DNA of 25,692 nt from Candidatus Micrarchaeia archaeon. Its GTDB lineage: Archaea > Micrarchaeota > Micrarchaeia > Burarchaeales > JAVZCV01. The notes beneath the pieces were generated by a model. The model did not search any database. It saw nothing but the letters and a program-made list of their open reading frames with translations, and was not told where the DNA came from. Position numbers and translations under genes: made by a program. The stretch is from assembly GCA_038874215.1 (NCBI GenBank), contig JAVZCV010000001.1, positions 72,725 to 98,416 on the forward strand, given 5' to 3'. Shown here piece after piece: positions 7,718 through 14,712 of this stretch (positions are counted from its first letter, which is position 1; each line of letters begins with the position of its first letter).

Positions 7718-9547
7718 ATGAAAGAGATGATGGATGTTGTTTGTGAACTTCTCTATGATGCGTGTGTTGCTTCGGGCTACGGGGCGGACCAGCACACAAT
7801 AGAGAGCTCAATAAGAGAAGCGAAGCAGGAATTCGGGGATGTTGCGAGCACGCTTGCGTTTATCATTGCGAAAGAAGCTGGAGAGAGCCCGAAGGATATA
7901 GCGGATGCGATAGTCCAGCATATCAGCGGGCACAAGTATGTTGAGAAAGTAGAGAGCGTGGGCGGGTACATAAACTTTCGGATGAGTGGCGAATTCTTCA
8001 ACAGCGTGATAAATTCCGTTGATGAGAATTTTGGGAGAGGGGATGAGAAGAACACAAAGGTGATTGTTGAATTTCCCTCTGTAAACCCAAACAAGCCGTG
8101 GCATGCTGGTCATGTAAGGAACGCTGTGCTCGGCGACAGCATAGCGAGGATAAAGGAGGCAGATGGATATAGGGTTGAGAGGCTTGACTACATAGATGAT
8201 CTTGGGCTTCAGGTTGCACAGAGTTTCTGGGGTTATTTGAGGAGCGGTGAGAAGATTGAAGGAAAGGCAGACCTGTGGCTTGGGACGGAATACGTGAAGG
8301 TGGCGGGGCAACTTGAAGATGAAAAACTTGCATCAGAAGTGAGAGAATTGATGAAGAAGATGGAGGAGGGCAATAATGAGGTTGCAAGGAAGGCGAGAGA
8401 AGTTGCTGAGATGTGCGTGAGGGCTCAGAGGGAGACGGCTGAGAAGTACGGGATATTCCACGATGTGCTTGTATGGGAGAGCGACCTCGTTTGGTCGGGA
8501 TTGCTGAAAAAGACGCTTGGGAGAATAATGAAAACAAGTATATGCGTGAGGGAGATTGAAGGGGATAATTCGGGATGCATCGTTGCAAAATTGGGGAATG
8601 TTGAGGAATTTGGTGATTTGCAGAACCCCGATAAAATTCTCGTCCGCTCTGACGGAACTGCAACATACACTGGGAAGGATTTGGCGTTTCACATGTGGAA
8701 GTTTGGGCTTATTGATGTTGAGATGAGATATGGGGTTTTCATGTCGCAGAAAAACGGCAAGCCCCTTTACACCACATCGCGCGAAGGAGAGGTTAGAGAT
8801 TTCGGGAAGGCGGATTTGGTTGTTAATGTGATAGGGGTTGAGCAGACGCATGAGCAGAAAGCTGTTGCGGAAATAATGCGGGCGCTCGGCTATGGAAAGG
8901 AAGCGAATGGGATAATCCATGTGGCATACGAGCACGTTGAACTGCCGCAGGAAAAGTTCTCTGGAAGAAAGGGGACATGGGTGGGTTACACTGCTGATGA
9001 ACTGTTTGAGGAAGCAGTCAACAGGGCATACAAGGAGATAAAGGAGAGATTTGTGCTTGAGGAGGAGGAGAAGAAAAAGGTTGCAGAAATCGTTGGCTTG
9101 GCTGCCATCCGCTTCGGCATGCTCCGAGTAAGTCCTGAAAAGAAGATAGTTTTTAGATGGGAGGATGTGCTCAATTTTGAGGGAGACAGCGCCCCGTATA
9201 TACAGTATATGTGCGCAAGAGCGAGAAGGATTATTGAGAAGGCGGAGAGCAGCGGATTTTCGGTAGGAGAATGCAAAGTCGAGGCTGATGAAGAAAAGGG
9301 GCTGGCGAGGCTCATCTCAAAGTTTCCAGATATTGTTCAGAAGGCTTCAAGGGATTGTAGGCCGCATTACATAGCGATGTATCTTCTTGACGTTGCAACC
9401 GCTTTTAGCAAGTTTTATGAGAAGGTGCCCGTGCTGAAAGCAGGTGAGAAAGAAAGAGCAAGCAGGCTGCGGCTTGTTCTTGCCTCTTATATAACTATGA
9501 GGAACGGGCTTGGCCTGCTTGGGATTGAAGTGCCCGAGAAGATGTAA
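7718..9547 (+). CDS. argS: Arginine--tRNA ligase
   Basis: EFPSVNPNKPWHAGH (HIGH-like), RSDGTATY, KFSGRKG, FEGDSAPYIQY and C-terminal PEKM. Confidence 0.97.
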   Translation: MKEMMDVVCELLYDACVASGYGADQHTIESSIREAKQEFGDVASTLAFIIAKEAGESPKDIADAIVQHISGHKYVEKVESVGGYINFRMSGEFFNSVINSVDENFGRGDEKNTKVIVEFPSVNPNKPWHAGHVRNAVLGDSIARIKEADGYRVERLDYIDDLGLQVAQSFWGYLRSGEKIEGKADLWLGTEYVKVAGQLEDEKLASEVRELMKKMEEGNNEVARKAREVAEMCVRAQRETAEKYGIFHDVLVWESDLVWSGLLKKTLGRIMKTSICVREIEGDNSGCIVAKLGNVEEFGDLQNPDKILVRSDGTATYTGKDLAFHMWKFGLIDVEMRYGVFMSQKNGKPLYTTSREGEVRDFGKADLVVNVIGVEQTHEQKAVAEIMRALGYGKEANGIIHVAYEHVELPQEKFSGRKGTWVGYTADELFEEAVNRAYKEIKERFVLEEEEKKKVAEIVGLAAIRFGMLRVSPEKKIVFRWEDVLNFEGDSAPYIQYMCARARRIIEKAESSGFSVGECKVEADEEKGLARLISKFPDIVQKASRDCRPHYIAMYLLDVATAFSKFYEKVPVLKAGEKERASRLRLVLASYITMRNGLGLLGIEVPEKM

Positions 9548-9550
9548 CCA

Positions 9551-9558
9551 TTTATTAA
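9551..9558 (+). promoter_or_regulatory. Putative TATA box of tRNA-Arg
   Basis: TTTATTAA ends about 25 nt upstream of the tRNA 5' end at 9583. Confidence 0.45.
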
Positions 9559-9582
9559 TTTTTTTGACAATTTATTAAAAAA

Positions 9583-9782
9583 GGGCCCGTGGCGCAACCC
9601 GGTAGCCGTTCTTGCTGAAGAAAGGCTGGGTAAATAGCGCAGCAGCCTTCTATCGCATGTTGATGGAGAGGAAGGCGGAAAGCTGACGGTTGTGGGTTCA
9701 AACAATTCTCCTATTGCTGGAGATGGGGAAATTCTGCACCCGCACTATCAAAAAACGGGGATACCCAATCCCACCGGGCCCG
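9583..9782 (+). tRNA. tRNA-Arg(TCT) with three insertions: 19/20 (9603-9633, 31 nt), 37/38 (9653-9680, 28 nt) and T-loop (~9703-9768, 66 nt)
   Basis: Acceptor GGGCCCG/CGGGCCC+G, D-stem GCGC/GCGC, anticodon TCT at 9649-9651, T-stem GTGGG/CCCAC. The D-loop intron has BHB helix ACCC/GGGT with bulges GG|T and AA|A, and splicing gives G18-G19-A20, the Arg identity element. Confidence 0.88.
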
Positions 9783-9804
9783 CTTTTATGCTTGGGGTGA
9801 TCGC

Positions 9805-10083
9805 ATGCAAGCAAATACGAAAGCAAAAAACGTTGAGAAGAAGATTGAAGAAATAATGTCTTTGATGGATATCGTGATAAACGACCTGAGCGTTCCGAAG
9901 AACATAAGGAAGGCTGTAAGCGATGCAAAGGAAAAGTTGCAGAGCGATGACGACCCCGTTCATAAGGCGAGCGCTGCAATATATGCGCTTGATGATGTCA
10001 GCAACGACATAAACATGCCCATCCATGCAAGGACACAGATATGGACTATATTAAGCTCTCTTGAAATGATAAAGGGGGAATGA
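9805..10083 (+). CDS. UPF0147 family protein
   Basis: DLSVPKNIRKA and LDDVSNDINMPIHARTQIW signature. Confidence 0.9.
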   Translation: MQANTKAKNVEKKIEEIMSLMDIVINDLSVPKNIRKAVSDAKEKLQSDDDPVHKASAAIYALDDVSNDINMPIHARTQIWTILSSLEMIKGE

Positions 10084-11552
10084 TGGATTCTTCCGAGCTT
10101 GCGAAAAGTCTGAGTAGCAAGGATATTCTTGTAAGCCCTGACGCTCTGGAATTGCTCTCCAAATATGAAAACGCTCTGGAAATAGTGGACATGATAGCAA
10201 AAAATGAGAGCGCGATCGTCATAACGAAGGAGCATGTTGAGAAGTATGCAAAAAGGGAGGAGAAGATACCCTCATTTGTAGAGGTTGTGCGCTCAAGCGA
10301 TTTCAAGCCTATTGCACGGGAATACGAGCCAGAAATTAGGATATTGGACACGACGGGGAATGGAAATGGTGGATGCAAGGGATCTGTTGAGGATTTCGTG
10401 TCATATTTTAGGGATAGGTATAGGAAAATGGCATCTCTTTTGAGGACGAGGCCAACGAGTGACGGAATAAGCCCATTAAGTTCCCTCCAGGATTACATAA
10501 AAGGAAGGAAGGTGAGGATAATAGGAATAGTTTCAAGCAAGGAAACAACAAAAAACGGGCATATAAAGATAGATCTGGAGGATGAGGACGCCACTGTGCC
10601 AGTTATATTCATGAAGAATTCTCCGTGCTTTGAGGAGGGCAGGAATATTCTTCTTGACGAGGTTGTGGCGATAGATGGCGAGATTTTCAGCCCGCCCGCC
10701 GTTATTGCAAAGCGTGTTGTATGGCCTGACCTGCCGATAAGGGATCAGCCCAAGAGAACGGAGAAGGATATAGCCATCGCATTTTTATCAGACATACATA
10801 TCGGGAGCAAGCATTTTCTCGCAAGGAACTTTGCAAACATGATTTCTTGGCTTAATGGAGCATGGGGTGATAAAAAAGATAGAGAACTGGCTGGAAAAGT
10901 AAAGTATCTTCTCATTGCGGGCGATATCAGCGATGGTGTGGGGATATACCCGAAGCAGGAAAAGGAACTCGTCATAAAAGATATCTACGAACAGTATAAA
11001 ATGTTCTGCGATCTGATGAAGGGCATCCCGGACTATGTAGAGGTTATCGTAGCACCGGGCAACCACGATGCTGTCAGGAGGGCAGAGCCACAACCGAGAT
11101 TGCCAAAAGAGTTGGTTGACGAAGCATGCATACGCTCTGTTGATAACCCATGCAGGATGGAAATTGAAGGGCTCAAAACCCTGATGTATCATGGAACATC
11201 GCTTGACTCAATAATCGCGGCTTTGCCAAACATGAGTTATGAGACGCCCGAGAAGGCGATGATAGAACTGCTTAAAAGGAGGCACCTCAGCCCGATATAC
11301 GGGGAAAACCCGATAGTTCCTGAGAATAGGGATAGGATGATTATAGCAGAGGAGCCAGATATCGTCCATATGGGGCATATACACAAAAACGGGTATGAAA
11401 CATATAGAGGGGCAGTTGTGATAAATTCGGGAACATGGCAGGATAGGACTGATTTTCAAATAAAACAGGGGCATATGCCAACGCCTTGTTTGTTGCCCGT
11501 TTATGAGGCGAAGTACGGCAAAATCAACGTAATAGATTTTACGTCTGCATAG
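10080..11552 (+). CDS. polB: DNA polymerase D small (3'-5' exonuclease) subunit DP1
   Basis: OB-fold (LEDEDATV, LLDEVVAIDG) plus intact calcineurin-like motifs SDIHIGS, GDISDG, PGNHD, YHG and GHIH. ATGA overlap with the upstream gene. Confidence 0.96.
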   Translation: MMDSSELAKSLSSKDILVSPDALELLSKYENALEIVDMIAKNESAIVITKEHVEKYAKREEKIPSFVEVVRSSDFKPIAREYEPEIRILDTTGNGNGGCKGSVEDFVSYFRDRYRKMASLLRTRPTSDGISPLSSLQDYIKGRKVRIIGIVSSKETTKNGHIKIDLEDEDATVPVIFMKNSPCFEEGRNILLDEVVAIDGEIFSPPAVIAKRVVWPDLPIRDQPKRTEKDIAIAFLSDIHIGSKHFLARNFANMISWLNGAWGDKKDRELAGKVKYLLIAGDISDGVGIYPKQEKELVIKDIYEQYKMFCDLMKGIPDYVEVIVAPGNHDAVRRAEPQPRLPKELVDEACIRSVDNPCRMEIEGLKTLMYHGTSLDSIIAALPNMSYETPEKAMIELLKRRHLSPIYGENPIVPENRDRMIIAEEPDIVHMGHIHKNGYETYRGAVVINSGTWQDRTDFQIKQGHMPTPCLLPVYEAKYGKINVIDFTSA

Positions 11553-11612
11553 TTCCTTTTTGGCACAGGAAAGAAATAAATACAGCGTCAGAGGAATAAT
11601 AGCGGGATCTTT

Positions 11613-11798
11613 ATGAAGGATGAGGTAGATGTTAGCGATATCACGATGGTGAGGTGCGCTTGCGGCTGGGTTGGTTTCAGGTTCCAGAGGGGGGAAGAAG
11701 CCAAGGTACTTGATGATATAGGAGTTAAGGACATAAACGATGAAGACGTGGAGATGATTGAAAAGAGAAGATGTCCGAACTGCGGATACGAGTTTTAG
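11613..11798 (+). CDS. Small zinc-ribbon protein
   Basis: 61 aa with CxCGW and CPxCG knuckles. Fills the gap between DP1 and tRNA-Val. Confidence 0.7.
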   Translation: MKDEVDVSDITMVRCACGWVGFRFQRGEEAKVLDDIGVKDINDEDVEMIEKRRCPNCGYEF

Positions 11799-11831
11799 AC
11801 TGCACATATGCGAATGTGCTTCAAAGAATAA

Positions 11832-11944
11832 TGGGCCCGCAGGGAATCGAACCCTGAATCTTCACTGCTCTCAATCGTTGTGCTTTCTTTTGGCCGCCCA
11901 AAAGAAAATGTGAGAGTGACGTCTTACCATTCGACCACGGGCCC
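11832..11944 (-). tRNA. tRNA-Val(CAC) with a 41-nt intron at 37/38 (11868-11908)
   Basis: Acceptor GGGCCCG/CGGGCCC+A, anticodon stem TCACT/AGTGA, T-arm CAGGG-TTCGATT-CCCTG. BHB-like helix CTCA/TGAG with bulges CA|T and AG|C. Confidence 0.93.
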
Positions 11945-12071
11945 TTTTAGCGATTAAGGAATATGGAATTAGGATTATATCGTTTGCTGTTGTTGATGCC
12001 ACTGGGCGGGTTGCAGATTAGATTTATAAAATTCATGGGTTGATAAAAGAAGAAAAGATAAGGTGATTGAA

Positions 12072-12302
12072 ATGGCAGATGAACTATCTGGTAATGCAAA
12101 GATTGTTTTAGATGCGCTGAAGAAGCTCGGTGCGACGAATGAGAATACTCTTAAGACAGCGGACGATGTAATGAAGGCCGCTAAGATGGGTAAGGGGCAG
12201 GTTAATGCTGCTCTCATGGAGCTCGTAAACAAGAAAATCGTAAGGAGAGTTGCACGCGAGAAGAGCGCAGGCTACTACATATTAACTTCCCAATCGCAAT
12301 GA
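12072..12302 (+). CDS. Small basic winged-helix DNA-binding protein
   Basis: 76 aa from ATG 12072 (SD GGTGA; TATA-like TTTATAAA at 12023-12030). Pattern IVLDALKK...TADDVMK...KGQVNAALMELVNKKIVRR...GYY fits a wHTH. Confidence 0.75.
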   Translation: MADELSGNAKIVLDALKKLGATNENTLKTADDVMKAAKMGKGQVNAALMELVNKKIVRRVAREKSAGYYILTSQSQ

Positions 12303-12385
12303 GTTTATAAAAGGGGGCGCATGTCCTAGTTTTGCCCACGCTCTGCTTATTTTTTGTCCTTATTGGAGAGAATAGATGAGGTAGA

Positions 12386-12880
12386 CTAGACTATGTCCTT
12401 CATCTTTTCAAGATCTCTCATTCGCATTCTTTCCCTTCTCCTATCGGGATGCTCCACCTTCCCATATATGATCATTTTTTCATGCTTTAGCTTTTCAATA
12501 ACGACGGAGAGGAATGACTGCCAGTGCTCCATATCAATCTCATACATTTCTGCGAGACGCTCGCATTTTTTGAGCAGTTTTACGAGGTCTATGAAAAAGC
12601 GTGTGTCAAACTCGTTTCTGCTCGCTGAATCACGTATCTTGATTTCAAGGGTATGCCTCACCATCGCCAGTTCCTTCTTAAGTTTTCGTATCTCTGATAA
12701 TCGGTCCTCTTTTCTCTGCCCTACCTTTTCAAGCTCCTCGGTGTCCAAGTAAAGTTCGGTAAGAAACATGTCTATGAGAGTCTGCCACGATATCTCCTGA
12801 ACTTTAATTCCTGCAGGAAGACTTAGGCGCTTTGTCCTTGTTGTTTCGCCAAGCCGATACTCCTCGCGCACCACACACAC
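12386..12880 (-). CDS. Hypothetical helical/coiled-coil protein
   Basis: 164-aa charged ORF, co-oriented and directly downstream of aroB'. Start uncertain. Confidence 0.6.
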   Translation of the reverse strand: MCVVREEYRLGETTRTKRLSLPAGIKVQEISWQTLIDMFLTELYLDTEELEKVGQRKEDRLSEIRKLKKELAMVRHTLEIKIRDSASRNEFDTRFFIDLVKLLKKCERLAEMYEIDMEHWQSFLSVVIEKLKHEKMIIYGKVEHPDRRRERMRMRDLEKMKDIV

Positions 12881-12912
12881 CGATAGGGTAATATGTTCGC
12901 TACTATAAAAGG

Positions 12913-13839
12913 CTATTTCTCTATTATCCTTTCATCTACGCCCATCCCAAAATGCCTTGCAGATTTCCCTTCAAACCGCACAACAACCTTGTCGCCCCGC
13001 TTAAGCGTGTGGATGCTCTTTGACCCTGCGGGCGTAATAACTCTTATCGTCTCGGCATCCTGAAGAATTGCTTTTGCTACCCTGCTTCCCATTTTTGCCT
13101 CAATCAGTAAAAGAGGGCGCCACTCTATTTTGTTTCTCGCAACAACACTTCTCCGTGTTTTGCCGTCTCTTGCCACTATGAGAACCTCGGAACCAGCATC
13201 AAGCTCGCTGAGGTATCTTGTTTTGCCTTCTGGTGTAAGCACATACTGGGAGACTGCGCCTGCATTTACCCTAAAGGGCCTAGTGGCAACGTGCGGGTTT
13301 TCAGTAACTTCTGCCTGCACGAGCAGGAAACCAGAGGAGGAGCAACCTACGAGTATGCCCTCATTTGCATTCATGAGGTCTATGGTATCAACGCAGCTGC
13401 GGGCGCCTATGCCGATACGAGAAATTTTCGTTATTGTCGCTTCAGATAATTCGATAGCCTCGTTACATTTAAGGTAGGCAAGAAGCTTTTTCAGTTCATT
13501 TTCACCAGCTCTTAGTAAAACTCCGTCTGCCCCTTTTTCAAGAGTTTCAAGAACGAGCTTTGCCTCGCTTGCATCCTTTACCTCTGCAATTACTTTCAGC
13601 TTCTTTTTTAGAGCGATTATGTTTTCAAGCGGGATTATCTTCCAGTTTGGGCATTTCAAAAAAACGCGTTCCTCCCCTCGTTTTTCTGCCTCCTCTATTT
13701 TTGAAAGGTCTTCTTTGCTTGCTACAACGATGGGCTTTATTGCTTCGGCAAGCGGAAGACGGTATCTTTCCGCAATTTTCTTGTTAGAAACCCATACCTC
13801 TTTCTCTCCGCCCATAAATACAGCTCCTGTTCTATTCAA
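12913..13839 (-). CDS. aroB': 3-dehydroquinate synthase II (AroB')
   Basis: WKIIPLENIIA, LEKGADGV, RPFRVNAGAV, YLSEL, LQDAETIR and ARHFG motifs. Confidence 0.95.
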   Translation of the reverse strand: MNRTGAVFMGGEKEVWVSNKKIAERYRLPLAEAIKPIVVASKEDLSKIEEAEKRGEERVFLKCPNWKIIPLENIIALKKKLKVIAEVKDASEAKLVLETLEKGADGVLLRAGENELKKLLAYLKCNEAIELSEATITKISRIGIGARSCVDTIDLMNANEGILVGCSSSGFLLVQAEVTENPHVATRPFRVNAGAVSQYVLTPEGKTRYLSELDAGSEVLIVARDGKTRRSVVARNKIEWRPLLLIEAKMGSRVAKAILQDAETIRVITPAGSKSIHTLKRGDKVVVRFEGKSARHFGMGVDERIIEK

Positions 13840-14626
13840 GCTCCTCCATCGCTTCCTTTACAGTTGCATTCTCGTGGACTATGCGTGCTATGGCCCGCAC
13901 CATTTTTCGGGGGTCATCATGCTGGAAGACGTTTCTGCCGCACGCAACGCCAGCACCGCCAGCGTCTATGCTCTCTTTTACTATTCTAAGAGATTCCTCT
14001 GTGCTTACCTTGCTCCCGCCCGCGATTATCACTGGGACATCTACGCTCTCAACAACCTTTGAGAAGCTCTTCACATCGCCCGTGTATGGGACTTTAATTA
14101 TGCTTGCGCCGAGCTCGTATGCGACGCGTGTTATGAATGGGATCGTCTTCTCGGGTGCCATTTCTTTTGCTTTCCCGCCTCGTGGGTACATCATTGCGAG
14201 CAAGGGCAATCCCCATTCCGTGCATGAGCGGGTTGCGTCTGTAAGGTGCTGGAGCATGAATGATTCAAGTGGTCCGCCCATGTTTATGTGCACGCTAACT
14301 CCGTCTGCGCCGAGTTTTATTGCCTCTTCAACAGTGCATACGCTGACTTTTCTCAGGGGATCGTCAGCAAGCTCTGTTGAGCCCGACATGTGGATTATTA
14401 GACCGACATCCTTCCCATATCCCCTGTATCCGCTTCTCACAACACCCTTGTGCAGAACTACTGCATTCGCCCCGCCTTCAACAACGCTGTTTATCGTATC
14501 CCGTATTCGTGTAAGGCCCTCTATCGGCCCCATCGTAACGCCATGATCCATAGGGACGATGACTGTCCGCTTCGTGTTCCTGTTCATAATTCTGTCAAGG
14601 CGTATACTCATTCCGACGCCAACCAT
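13832..14626 (-). CDS. aroA': 2-amino-3,7-dideoxy-D-threo-hept-6-ulosonate synthase (AroA', DhnA-type class I aldolase)
   Basis: PMDHGVTMGP, LHKG, GADGVSVH, AMMYPRG, Schiff-base Lys in IIKVPYTG, GRNVFQ. Overlap with aroB' favours AroA' over FBP aldolase. Confidence 0.88.
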   Translation of the reverse strand: MVGVGMSIRLDRIMNRNTKRTVIVPMDHGVTMGPIEGLTRIRDTINSVVEGGANAVVLHKGVVRSGYRGYGKDVGLIIHMSGSTELADDPLRKVSVCTVEEAIKLGADGVSVHINMGGPLESFMLQHLTDATRSCTEWGLPLLAMMYPRGGKAKEMAPEKTIPFITRVAYELGASIIKVPYTGDVKSFSKVVESVDVPVIIAGGSKVSTEESLRIVKESIDAGGAGVACGRNVFQHDDPRKMVRAIARIVHENATVKEAMEELE

Positions 14627-14712
14627 TTTTCCACCCTCCGAAGCAACAAGTTATATGGAGAAACATTTTAACAAACCCCTTTAAAAACCTTCGGAATAGA
14701 GCGCAAAGGAGT

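Noticed and set aside
7485-7795. Track ORFs 7485-7721 (+) and 7595-7795 (-)
   Set aside because: They overlap tRNA-Pro and argS. MGPPRFE is the typical antisense-tRNA translation artefact.
9645-9681. Shifting the Arg anticodon intron by 2 nt (removing 9651-9678; helix GCCT/AGGC) would give anticodon UCA, an opal-decoding tRNA
   Set aside because: The flanking helices do not form in that register, and the helix extends over the would-be bulge. TGA is used as a normal stop in this window (gltX, rpl24e, UPF0147), and the tRNA body carries Arg identity.
9487-10026. Minus-strand ORFs over tRNA-Arg and UPF0147
   Set aside because: Shadow ORFs antisense to well-supported genes.
12304-12313. Palindrome TTTTATAAAA after the wHTH gene
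   Set aside because: A short AT-only palindrome between convergent genes with no downstream gene to drive; indistinguishable from chance or a terminator tract.
13881-14546. Long antisense ORFs (221 aa here; similar ones opposite argS and infB)
   Set aside because: They mirror the sense genes' codon structure and have no protein-like motifs or start signals.
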